Assembly: GCA_038108875.1 (NCBI GenBank)
Contig: JAYNII010000001.1
Coordinates: forward strand, 35,450-99,449
Length of the DNA: 64,000 nt
Direction of reading: 5' to 3'
Origin: Gammaproteobacteria bacterium
Lineage (GTDB): Bacteria; Pseudomonadota; Gammaproteobacteria; Magnimaribacterales; D2472
This document shows, one piece after another, positions 29,831 through 38,975 of the stretch. The position numbers and the translations under genes are program-made. The number at the start of each line of letters is the position of its first letter. Position 1 is the stretch's first letter. The notes beneath the pieces are model-generated. The model was not told the DNA's origin, searched no databases, and worked only from the letters and a program-made list of their open reading frames with translations.

Positions 29831-30775
29831 TTATTTTTCTAGCCGTTTTTTAATTTCATAAGCGACTTTTTCAACTTCGCACATTGGTGAATTTTTAATT
29901 TGGGGTTTATGGATTTGAGTAATAGAAGCCTGACCTATACCTACCACACCTACATATCCGATTAAGCCTTTAGATTTAATCGATTCATAATAATCGTTGA
30001 ATTTATTCCTTCTGAAAGAGAATGTTGATTGTTTGGTAATAACATCATTAGCTTGAATTACGTATGTAGCTCCCATGGAAGACAGGCATTCAGATACTAG
30101 ATTAATGCTATCGGGGGTAACAAATTTTTTAGATGATGTTGCAATGAGGTGTTGGAATTTTTCTGTAGAGGTGTTTTCCACATCGAAAATATTTAGCAGA
30201 GCATGATCCATTTTTGTTACTTTATTCCAAAGATCTTGGGGAGTTCTTCTTGAGTTGCAGAGAAAAACCTTATGATGAGGATGAACGTTTAATATATGTG
30301 AAATATTACTTAATAGGAGTTTGTCTTGGAATTGCATCTTAGCAGTTGGGCCTCCTATAGCGATCAATAGAGTATCTTTTAAAGTCTCAACGAAGCTCAC
30401 TTCTGCAAGTGATCCTTCATGAGTGATTACATTGGAGGGAAGTTTTGATTTTCCAAAATCATGTTTCGGGGTTATAACTAAATCGTATTGTTTTATTCCA
30501 AATGTGGGTTTCATCAATGCGACTGAAAACACATTTTTATGTTTTAAAAAAAATTTTTTTAATGACTTAATTTTTTTATGGGATTGATGGCCTGCCCCGA
30601 TTATCAAGGTCTTAGAAAAGTTAGATGGTGTTATAGTCCTTGCAAAGGACGACAAATCATCATTTAACTTAAGCTTTATAACTTCGGTCTGCTGAAGTTT
30701 GCTTAACTCATTTACTAATGCAAACAATGGTCTGTTATGTCCAGTGCTTTTGTCCTCAATGGCTATCAATCTCAT
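29831..30775 (-). CDS. ELM1/GtrOC1-like (DUF1022) putative glycosyltransferase-type protein
   Basis: 314 aa. The N-terminal IAIEDKSTGHNRPLFALVNEL resembles the D..GH..Q..GL start of bacterial ELM1-family proteins. Recognition-level only. Confidence 0.4.
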   Translation of the reverse strand: MRLIAIEDKSTGHNRPLFALVNELSKLQQTEVIKLKLNDDLSSFARTITPSNFSKTLIIGAGHQSHKKIKSLKKFFLKHKNVFSVALMKPTFGIKQYDLVITPKHDFGKSKLPSNVITHEGSLAEVSFVETLKDTLLIAIGGPTAKMQFQDKLLLSNISHILNVHPHHKVFLCNSRRTPQDLWNKVTKMDHALLNIFDVENTSTEKFQHLIATSSKKFVTPDSINLVSECLSSMGATYVIQANDVITKQSTFSFRRNKFNDYYESIKSKGLIGYVGVVGIGQASITQIHKPQIKNSPMCEVEKVAYEIKKRLEK

Positions 30776-30868
30776 AGGAACATTATAGTGAATTCTTAAT
30801 TTTTCGATAAAAATTAGGAATTAAATGAATTACCTAAATAATCTCATATTTTATGTATCATAGTTAGT

Positions 30869-31627
30869 ATGTTCTTTTTACCTCTTTTTGATGATAATCC
30901 CACCAAATCATTTCCTCTCATCACCAGGACAATTATTCTTATAAATGTTTTAATTTATTTTTCTCAACTTACTCTTTCAGAATTACAACTTAATAATTTC
31001 TATGCCAGTTTTGGATTTATTCCTTTTGATTTCTTTAATTCCAATAATTTCTTTTACCTTCCAGTATTTACCTCTCTTTTTGTTCATGGCGGATTTATTC
31101 ATTTAGCATCGAATATGCTTTATTTATGGATATTTGGCGACAATATTGAAGACAGGTTAGGCAGATCAAAATTTATTCTTTTTTATTTTTTTGGTGGTTT
31201 CGCGGCATCTTATTTTCAAGCCCTGTTTGAGCCAAATAGCTTAATTCCCCTCATAGGAGCAAGTGGTTCTATAGCGGCTGTTCTAGGGGCCTATTTACTA
31301 ATATTTCCAAAAGCAAACATAAAGGTTCTTTTTTGGTTCTTTATTTTTTTACAAATAATCAATGTTCCAGCATTTTTGGTATTAGGTGTGTGGATCGTTG
31401 GGCAATTTTTCTCATTGGAATCAATGGTAGAGAGCAATATTGCTTACGTAGCTCATATTGGTGGCTTTTTTACAGGAATTTTTCTTTTTTTAATTTTTAA
31501 AAACAAACAGACTAAAATTTTTAGTGAATCTAAATCTAAACCGTTTGAAAAATCTAATTTAAGAGATATGTACACTTCAAGTATTTACGATAGAAAACGA
31601 TCCTCAGGAATAAAGAAATATGACTAG
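30869..31627 (+). CDS. Rhomboid-family intramembrane serine protease
   Basis: HGGFIHLASNMLYLWIFG, catalytic GASGSIAAVLGAY and AHIGGF. Confidence 0.9.
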   Translation: MFFLPLFDDNPTKSFPLITRTIILINVLIYFSQLTLSELQLNNFYASFGFIPFDFFNSNNFFYLPVFTSLFVHGGFIHLASNMLYLWIFGDNIEDRLGRSKFILFYFFGGFAASYFQALFEPNSLIPLIGASGSIAAVLGAYLLIFPKANIKVLFWFFIFLQIINVPAFLVLGVWIVGQFFSLESMVESNIAYVAHIGGFFTGIFLFLIFKNKQTKIFSESKSKPFEKSNLRDMYTSSIYDRKRSSGIKKYD

Positions 31628-32849
31628 AATTGCTGTAATCGGGGCCGGTATATCCGGTTTGAGTGTATGTTATTTATTAAGTAAGCACTCAGAATTTCAT
31701 ATTGATTTGTATGAAAAAGAGAACAGGCTTGGAGGACATACTCATACTCATGAGCTTGAAGTGAAAGGAGATGAGGTAAGAGTTGATAGTGGTTTTATAG
31801 TATTTAATCACATCAATTATCCCAATCTGACTAGATTGTTCGAAGAGCTTAACGTTGAGATCAATAATAGTTCAATGTCATTCTCATACTGCACGAGTAA
31901 TTCAGCATGGTCTTCACAGGATTATAAAAATTTATCCTTTGTAATAAAAAAATCAAGTTTAAAGCGAATGTTTGAAATTATTAGGTTTAAAAAATTGGCG
32001 TTATCAAATAAAAAGCGAATAACCTCCCAATCTCTAGGAGATTGGCTCTTTGCTAATAATTTCTCTAGTGAATTCGTTAATGAGTATGTCTTACCAATGT
32101 CTTCATCTATATGGTCTAGTCATTTCGATGTTATTAAAGATTTTCCTTTTGAGACTTTCGTAAGTTTCTTCGATAATCACCAATTGTTTAATTTGGTTAG
32201 CAGACCTCAATGGAAGTCCCTTGATAACGGAAGCGATCAGTACATCAAAAAAATGCAATCTGCTTGGAAGGTAAATTCTGTCTTCCTTGACGCAAATCCA
32301 CAAATTAGTCGCACTGAAAATTTCTGTATAACCAATCAAGGTAAATCATATGAATATGACAAGATCATTTTTGGCTGTCATGCAAATCAAATAAACCAAG
32401 TTTTTCCTGAAATCAACAACATTCTTGATTCTCAAGTTTTAAACAAATTTAAATACACTGACAATCCAATTTCAATCCATACCGATCTTGATGTCATGCC
32501 CAAAAATAGAAAACAATGGAGTTCATGGAATGTCCAAAACATTAACGATAAATTCTTTTTAACTTATTGGATGAACAATTTACAAAGACTCAACACCAAG
32601 CATGACATTTTTATATCTGTGGGAGAGCATTCAAGAATATCAAAGCAGAAAATGATAAAAGCTTTTAATTATCAGCATCCTATTTACTCCTCTGAATCGA
32701 TTAAAGCGCAACATGACTTAGATGCATTACAGGGCAAAGCTGGTATTTATTATGTTGGCGCATACTTAGGATATGGATTCCATGAAGATGGTCTAAACAG
32801 CGCTATTAGGGTTTCAAACTTAATTAAGGAAGCTCTGGGTGTATTTTAA
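31620..32849 (+). CDS. FAD-dependent oxidoreductase (amine-oxidase/desaturase fold), UfaD-like context
   Basis: RIAVIGAGISGLS...YEKENRLGGH dinucleotide fold. It sits in the conserved triad with DUF1365 and a CFA-synthase-like gene. Confidence 0.8.
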   Translation: MTRIAVIGAGISGLSVCYLLSKHSEFHIDLYEKENRLGGHTHTHELEVKGDEVRVDSGFIVFNHINYPNLTRLFEELNVEINNSSMSFSYCTSNSAWSSQDYKNLSFVIKKSSLKRMFEIIRFKKLALSNKKRITSQSLGDWLFANNFSSEFVNEYVLPMSSSIWSSHFDVIKDFPFETFVSFFDNHQLFNLVSRPQWKSLDNGSDQYIKKMQSAWKVNSVFLDANPQISRTENFCITNQGKSYEYDKIIFGCHANQINQVFPEINNILDSQVLNKFKYTDNPISIHTDLDVMPKNRKQWSSWNVQNINDKFFLTYWMNNLQRLNTKHDIFISVGEHSRISKQKMIKAFNYQHPIYSSESIKAQHDLDALQGKAGIYYVGAYLGYGFHEDGLNSAIRVSNLIKEALGVF

Positions 32850-33555
32850 CGGTAAAGTCTTTCACAAAAGAGTAGTTGATAGAACTCATCAATTTAATTA
32901 TCTCTACCCAGCAGAGTTATTCACTGATATTTACTGTCTTGATAACAAGAGATTCAAAGATCATTTACTTAAGTCTTTCCCAAGATTTATTGACACCATT
33001 CATCCCGGGCTTGAAGATCTTCTCCTTGAATGCAAGTTAATTTTTTCTGGTAATTTGGAGGAAATTGAAATTGATTTGCTAGCTTTACCAAATAATTCTA
33101 TTTTGAATAGATTTAACCCAGTTCGTTTCTTTTTTATTATGCATAAAAATAACTGCCTGGGTTTAATAGCTGATGTCACAAACACATTTAAAGAAAAACG
33201 TGCATATTTTGTTCACAACAATGGAAAAATAATTGATAGAACGACGCTTAAAACAAAAAAAGACATGTATGTCTCTCCCTTTAATGAGAAACATGGTTGT
33301 TATGAGTTCCAATGTAATTACTCAAGGCAAAGTCTCAAGATAGATATTAATCAATTTTTTAATAACAAAATTATTGTGAAGACAAGATTGCAGGGGAGTT
33401 TCTTGTTAAAAAGAACTTTAATTCAAAGGTTAAATTTGCTCTTTTCTGGGGTGTTAGTTATTCCGCGCATTCATTGGCAAGCTTTGGTATTATTCCTCAA
33501 AAAACATACTATCTTTCCTCACGGAGATTCTGGGTACCACAATGAAAATACTTGA
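32839..33555 (+). CDS. DUF1365-family protein
   Basis: GTG start. The N-terminal GKVFHKRVV..H.F.Y pattern and ~240-aa length match my recollection of DUF1365. Synteny between the FAD oxidoreductase and the CFA synthase also fits. Confidence 0.65.
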   Translation: MYFNGKVFHKRVVDRTHQFNYLYPAELFTDIYCLDNKRFKDHLLKSFPRFIDTIHPGLEDLLLECKLIFSGNLEEIEIDLLALPNNSILNRFNPVRFFFIMHKNNCLGLIADVTNTFKEKRAYFVHNNGKIIDRTTLKTKKDMYVSPFNEKHGCYEFQCNYSRQSLKIDINQFFNNKIIVKTRLQGSFLLKRTLIQRLNLLFSGVLVIPRIHWQALVLFLKKHTIFPHGDSGYHNENT

Positions 33556-34696
33556 TAATTTTATTTCTAAGGCTTTATCCAATATTTCACAGGGTTTGCT
33601 TATTCTTACCCTTCCAAGCGGAGAAATTAAGACATTTGGGGAAAGTGGTCTTAGCGCAGATTTAACCATTCATTCCTACAAGGCTATTAGGCTCATAATT
33701 CAAAAAGGCGATGTTGGGTTTGCGGAAGCATATTTTAAAAACTATTGGTCCACAAATAATATCTTAATCCTTTATGAAGTATTGGTGGCAAACTTAGATG
33801 CCATGCAAAAACAACTTAAAAATAATACCTTAAGCAAGCTATTAAGTTACATGAGACATTTGCTTAGGTTTAATAGTATTTCTGGTAGCAAAAAAAATAT
33901 TCATGCTCACTATGATCTAGGCAATGATTTCTTTTTCCTTTGGTTGGATAAGTCTAAAACCTATTCCTCTGCTCTTTTTGAGAGTATTAACAGCTCTTTA
34001 GAGGATGCTCAAAAAAATAAATACCAAGCAATTTTAAATACATTAAATTTGCCCAGAGGATCATCTATTTTAGAAATTGGTTGTGGTTGGGGTGGTTTTA
34101 TGGAACTTGCAGGCAATGCAGGTTATAGGGTTGATGGACTTACTATATCTGAAGAGCAATTTAAATATTCATCAGATCGCTTAAAGAGTTTTTCAGGTTG
34201 TTCTGTGATATTTGAAGATTATAGAAACCACTTTGGAAAATACGATGCAATTGTTTCAATAGAAATGTTTGAGGCCGTGGGCTCTAAATACTGGAATACT
34301 TTCATGGATAAAGTTAGCTCTCTGTTGCGTTCAGGTAGTAGAGCAGTTATTCAAGTTATTACCATTAGAGATGATTTATTGCCACAATATCTCCGCTCGG
34401 CGGATTTTATTAAAACCTATATTTTTCCTGGTGGAGAGTTAATTGGTAAAAATAAATTACAATCTCTAGCACTGGAAGCAGGCTTAAAGCTAGAAAAGAC
34501 TTTATGCTTTGGTAAGGATTATGCCAAAACACTAGAGCATTGGTATCTAAGGTTTAAAGAGGTTGAAAACACGATCCTAACCCTAGGTTTTGACAAAAGA
34601 TTTATAGATATTTGGGAAACCTATCTAGCTTATTGCAGAGGGGGGTTCCTTGCAGAGCGGATCGATGTTGGACAATTCTCGTTGATCAAAGAATAG
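33542..34696 (+). CDS. Cyclopropane-fatty-acyl-phospholipid-synthase-family SAM methyltransferase
   Basis: AHYDLGNDFF, the ILEIGCGWGGF SAM motif and IEMFEAVG. Confidence 0.9.
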   Translation: MKILDNFISKALSNISQGLLILTLPSGEIKTFGESGLSADLTIHSYKAIRLIIQKGDVGFAEAYFKNYWSTNNILILYEVLVANLDAMQKQLKNNTLSKLLSYMRHLLRFNSISGSKKNIHAHYDLGNDFFFLWLDKSKTYSSALFESINSSLEDAQKNKYQAILNTLNLPRGSSILEIGCGWGGFMELAGNAGYRVDGLTISEEQFKYSSDRLKSFSGCSVIFEDYRNHFGKYDAIVSIEMFEAVGSKYWNTFMDKVSSLLRSGSRAVIQVITIRDDLLPQYLRSADFIKTYIFPGGELIGKNKLQSLALEAGLKLEKTLCFGKDYAKTLEHWYLRFKEVENTILTLGFDKRFIDIWETYLAYCRGGFLAERIDVGQFSLIKE

Positions 34697-35142
34697 TGTC
34701 AGAAATATATTTCAAGAATAATTGGGGAGCTTTCAGAGCTAGGTTTGATGCCGATAAGAATTTAGTGCATTTAATAAAAACTAACAAACATTCAAGAAAA
34801 TTGGTTGCTCATGAGCTGGGAAATATTCTTGAATCCTTCTTTAATCAAGAACAATTTTCTTTACCTAATATAAGACTACATGGCACTGAATTTCAGTTAA
34901 AAGTATGGAATGCGATTGCAAAAATTCCCCTTGGTAAGACCATGACTTATAAAGAGATAGCTCAGATCATAAACCATCCAAAAGCTTCAAGAGCAGTAGG
35001 AACAGCTTGTAAAATGAACCCCATTGCATTCTTGATTCCTTGTCACAGAGTAATTTCTAGCACAAATGGAATAGGAAATTATTATTATGGTGAAAAATTA
35101 AAAAGATTACTGCTTACAAAAGAGGCTAATTTTGGAAGATAA
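34696..35142 (+). CDS. ogt: Methylated-DNA--protein-cysteine methyltransferase
   Basis: TEFQLKVWNAIAKIPLGKTMTYKEIA and the active site IPCHRV. The only plausible start is a GTG sharing one base with the upstream TAG. Confidence 0.85.
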   Translation: MSEIYFKNNWGAFRARFDADKNLVHLIKTNKHSRKLVAHELGNILESFFNQEQFSLPNIRLHGTEFQLKVWNAIAKIPLGKTMTYKEIAQIINHPKASRAVGTACKMNPIAFLIPCHRVISSTNGIGNYYYGEKLKRLLLTKEANFGR

Positions 35143-35422
35143 GATAACTCAAAAGATATTAAATGCATTTAATGTCGAGAATCTTTTTATTGAGAATGAA
35201 AGTCATTTGCACGCAGGTCAAACTAGCAATTCTCATTTCAAGATTATTCTTATTTCAAATGATTTTGAAAAATTGACTCTTATACAAAGACATAAAGCAG
35301 TTTATGATACCTTAAAAGAAGAAATGAAAAGTATTCATGCTTTGTCATTACACCTCTTTTCAACTAATGAAGACATTCAACAGGACTTATTAATTTCACC
35401 AAACTGTTCAAAGAAAAAATGA
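35132..35422 (+). CDS. BolA-family protein
   Basis: ENESHLHAG...HFKIILISNDFEKLTLIQRHKAVYDTL...IHALSLHLFS is the BolA fold signature. TTG start. Confidence 0.8.
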   Translation: MEDKITQKILNAFNVENLFIENESHLHAGQTSNSHFKIILISNDFEKLTLIQRHKAVYDTLKEEMKSIHALSLHLFSTNEDIQQDLLISPNCSKKK

Positions 35423-37872
35423 TAAAGTCTCTGTTAAGCTCTTCTGTAAAACGACCAGGGTTTGTATTAATGGTAATCATAGTTTTAGCCATTATTGCTT
35501 CTCTTGGCTTAAAAGACTTTAAATTAGATGCTTCATCAGATGCCTTAGTTCTTGAAAATGATGATGATTTAAAAATCTATCGAGAAGTTAATGCCAGTTA
35601 TGGTGGTTCAGATTTCCTGATCATCACTTTCACACCAAATGAGGGAGTCTTTTCGCCTAGTGCTTTGGCTGTGTTAGCTTCCCTTGAAACAGAGTTAAAG
35701 AAATATGCAGAAGTGAGCCAAGTTTTATCCCTACTAGATGCTCCCATATTCTTTCAGCCAAAAGTCGGACTTTCTGAAATAGCAGATAACATTAAGACTT
35801 TGGAGACAGATGGAATAGATTTAGCTGCTGCAAAACAGGAGATTCTAGACAACCCAATTTACTCTGAGCTTATCATTTCCAAAGATGGAGGGACTACTGC
35901 GCTCCAAATCCAGTTTAACGATAACCAAGAATACCGCCAACTCATCAATCAAAGGTATGCAATTTTAGATTCTGAAAACCCAAATAAATTACGACTTGCA
36001 GAGATCAATTCAAAAATTAGCGAAATAAATGAAAAGGAATCCGCTGCTCGGAACATGTTAATTGATGATCTCAGAGATTTGCTTTCTCAATACCAAAACC
36101 AAGGCACCCTTTTTTTAGGTGGCCCATCTATGATTGCCAAGGACATGATGGATTATATTCGTGCAGATTTAATCAATTTTGGAATAGGGGTTGCTTTAGT
36201 TTTTTGTATCATATTATTCCTGTTCTTCAGAAACATTTGGTTTGTAATTTTGCCTTTAGTTAATGCATTTTTTACTACCTTCTTTACCGCAGGAATTTTA
36301 GGTATTTTTGATTGGAAAATTACGGTTGTTTCCTCAAACTTTATAGCTCTACTCCTAATCCTAACGATTTCATTAACAGTCCATTTTTTAGTTAGATTTA
36401 GAGAATTGTCCACCAATTCAACCAACAACACTGAAACAGTTTTAGAAACATGCAATCAAATGTTGAGACCCTGTTTTTTTGCGGCGTTTACTACCGCAGT
36501 AGCATTTCTGTCTTTGATGCTTGGAGACATTAAGCCCGTCATAGAATTTGGGAAAATGATGTCGGTGGGAATGATTTTTGCTTTTATTTTTACTTTCACT
36601 TTATTGCCAGCAATGCTTTCATTTATTTTTAATAATAAAACTAATCTTCAAGTGGAAAACAACTTTGGTGTTGCATTACTAGCTCTTAAAAATTTATCGT
36701 TGGCTAATACAAAATTTAATGTATTTATTTTTAGCATTATTTTTCTTGGTTTAATGTTTGGTTCATCAACTTTAAAAGTTGAAAATAGATTTATAGATTA
36801 CTTTGATGAAACTACAGAAATCTTTCAAGGGATGAAACTTCTAGATGAACAGCTTGGAGGAACTGCTACGCTTGATATTGTAATCAATCAACCTGTTAAC
36901 ACTGGAACTGAAAAGGAGACACTTAAAAACTTAGAAGATGATTTATTTGAAGATGACCTTTTTAATGATGAGGGGTCAAATGCTTCAGGGTATTGGTGGA
37001 ATTCTTATTCTTTAAAAAAACTAGAAGAAATCCATGATTACCTTGAAGAAAGAGAAGAAATTGGGAAGGTTCTGAGTGTTGCGAGCGGAATAAAACTTGC
37101 TAGAACTATAAACGACGGACAAGATCTAAATGATTTAGAATTGGCATTGTTAAGATCTGTACTCCCAGAAGATATTAAAAAATCATTATTGTATTCCTAT
37201 ATTACTGAGGACGACTCTCAAGTCAGAATAGCTACTAGAGTTAAGGAAACTGCTTCTAATCTTAATAGGAATGAATTGATAGAGAGTATTAAACATGATT
37301 TGGAATCTAATTTTGATATTGCTCCTGAAGATTTCAGCATCACCGGACTAGCTGTTTTGTATAACAATATGTTGCAGTCTTTATTTTCTTCACAAATAAA
37401 TTCTCTATCCTTGGTTTTTGCAGTTATAGCGTTCATGTTTTATTTGATATTCCGTTCTTTTAAAATAGTGCTTATTGGCATGGCCCCAAATTTTTTAACA
37501 GCTCTAAGCGTGCTTGGGATGCTTGGGTTATTCCAAATTCCATTAGACATTATGACAATTACCGTTGCGGCTATAAGTGTGGGGATGGCAGTAGATAATA
37601 CGATTCATTACCTATTTAGGCTAGTTAAAGAATCTTCTAATGCCACTATAGATGAGGCTATAGCAACATCACATCAAACTGTTGGACATGCGATAATGTA
37701 TACAGCCTTAACCATTGCTGGAGGTTTTGGAGTATTTGTTTTATCAAATTTTACTCCAACCGTGTTGTTTGGAATTTTTACTGCTCTGGCATTAATGACA
37801 TCATTTTTATCAACCTTGATATTCATGCCTGCTTTAGTAAAAATTTTTAACCTTAGAGGAGATTTAAGATGA
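35419..37872 (+). CDS. RND-superfamily exporter (MMPL/HpnN-like, two sterol-sensing-type TM bundles)
   Basis: 817 aa with two repeats of a large loop plus a 5-6 TM bundle. COG1033-like organisation, with an acidic EDDLFEDDLFNDEG linker. Confidence 0.75.
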   Translation: MIKSLLSSSVKRPGFVLMVIIVLAIIASLGLKDFKLDASSDALVLENDDDLKIYREVNASYGGSDFLIITFTPNEGVFSPSALAVLASLETELKKYAEVSQVLSLLDAPIFFQPKVGLSEIADNIKTLETDGIDLAAAKQEILDNPIYSELIISKDGGTTALQIQFNDNQEYRQLINQRYAILDSENPNKLRLAEINSKISEINEKESAARNMLIDDLRDLLSQYQNQGTLFLGGPSMIAKDMMDYIRADLINFGIGVALVFCIILFLFFRNIWFVILPLVNAFFTTFFTAGILGIFDWKITVVSSNFIALLLILTISLTVHFLVRFRELSTNSTNNTETVLETCNQMLRPCFFAAFTTAVAFLSLMLGDIKPVIEFGKMMSVGMIFAFIFTFTLLPAMLSFIFNNKTNLQVENNFGVALLALKNLSLANTKFNVFIFSIIFLGLMFGSSTLKVENRFIDYFDETTEIFQGMKLLDEQLGGTATLDIVINQPVNTGTEKETLKNLEDDLFEDDLFNDEGSNASGYWWNSYSLKKLEEIHDYLEEREEIGKVLSVASGIKLARTINDGQDLNDLELALLRSVLPEDIKKSLLYSYITEDDSQVRIATRVKETASNLNRNELIESIKHDLESNFDIAPEDFSITGLAVLYNNMLQSLFSSQINSLSLVFAVIAFMFYLIFRSFKIVLIGMAPNFLTALSVLGMLGLFQIPLDIMTITVAAISVGMAVDNTIHYLFRLVKESSNATIDEAIATSHQTVGHAIMYTALTIAGGFGVFVLSNFTPTVLFGIFTALALMTSFLSTLIFMPALVKIFNLRGDLR

Positions 37873-38975
37873 GTGGTCCTTTAACAGGTATTAAAGTTTT
37901 AGAGTTTTCAGGAATTGGTCCAGGTCCTTTTTGTGGCATGATGCTTGCAGATCTTGGTGCTGAGGTAATCAGGTTAGATAGACCTCAGGCTCATGGAAAG
38001 GGAAACCCAATGGATTTTCAAAACAGATCTAAAAAGTCTATTACAGCCAATCTGAAGAATCCCGATACGGTCTCTGAAATTATGAAAATCATTAAAAATG
38101 TAGATGCAATCATAGAGGGTTTTAGACCTGGAGTAATGGAAAAATTAGGGCTTGGTCCTGAGGAATGCTTATTAGCAAACCCAAGATTAGTTTATGGCAG
38201 AATGACTGGTTGGGGACAAGAAGGTCCTTTGGCTCATGCAGCAGGTCATGATATAAATTACATTGCTTTAACTGGTGCCTTAGATTCAATAGGAAGAAAA
38301 AATGAAACACCACCCCCACCTTTAAATCTTATTGGTGATTATGGAGGAGGAGGTATGATGCTTGCTTATGGGATACTTGCAGGCATTATTAATGTTAGAA
38401 ATGGTGGATCTGGTCAGGTAGTCGATGCAGCAATGGTTGATGGTGCAAGTGCTCTTATGGCGATGTTCTATTCTTTTAAAGCCTCTGGATTTTGGAGAGA
38501 GGAAAGAGGCTCTAATCTCCTAGATGGAGGAGCCCACTTTTACGATACATTTAAGTGTAAAGATAATAAGTATCTTTCAGTGGGGTCAATAGAACCCCAA
38601 TTTTATGCAATTTTATTGGAAAAACTTGAACTTACTGATGAAAGATTTAAACAGCAGATGAATTCAGCATTATGGCCTGAGCTTAAAGAAAGTATTGCAA
38701 ACAGGATTCTAACCAAAACTAGAGACGAATGGTCTGCTATTTTTGATGGGACCGATGCTTGTGTAGCTCCTGTATTAAGTTTATCCGAGGCGCCTGAAAA
38801 TGAACATTTAAAGGCAAGAAAGACATTTATAGAAGTTGAGGGTTACATCCAACCAGCGCCAGCCCCTAGGTTTTCAAAGACTGCCAATCAGGTTAAGCAT
38901 GCAGCTTCAAAGGCAGGACAACACAATCTAGAAATTTCTGAATTGTACGGTTTAGATATTTCTAGGTTAGGTTAA
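37869..38975 (+). CDS. Family III CoA-transferase (CaiB/BaiF; alpha-methylacyl-CoA racemase-like)
   Basis: GPLTGIKVLEFSGIGPGPFCGMMLADLGAEVIRLDRP is the typical N-terminus. ~370 aa. Confidence 0.85.
   Translation: MSGPLTGIKVLEFSGIGPGPFCGMMLADLGAEVIRLDRPQAHGKGNPMDFQNRSKKSITANLKNPDTVSEIMKIIKNVDAIIEGFRPGVMEKLGLGPEECLLANPRLVYGRMTGWGQEGPLAHAAGHDINYIALTGALDSIGRKNETPPPPLNLIGDYGGGGMMLAYGILAGIINVRNGGSGQVVDAAMVDGASALMAMFYSFKASGFWREERGSNLLDGGAHFYDTFKCKDNKYLSVGSIEPQFYAILLEKLELTDERFKQQMNSALWPELKESIANRILTKTRDEWSAIFDGTDACVAPVLSLSEAPENEHLKARKTFIEVEGYIQPAPAPRFSKTANQVKHAASKAGQHNLEISELYGLDISRLG

Noticed and set aside
36934-36963. Imperfect 15-nt tandem repeat GAAGATGATTTATTT / GAAGATGACCTTTTT.
   Set aside because: It lies in frame inside the RND exporter gene and simply encodes the acidic linker EDDLF-EDDLF. 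It is not a regulatory or mobile repeat.
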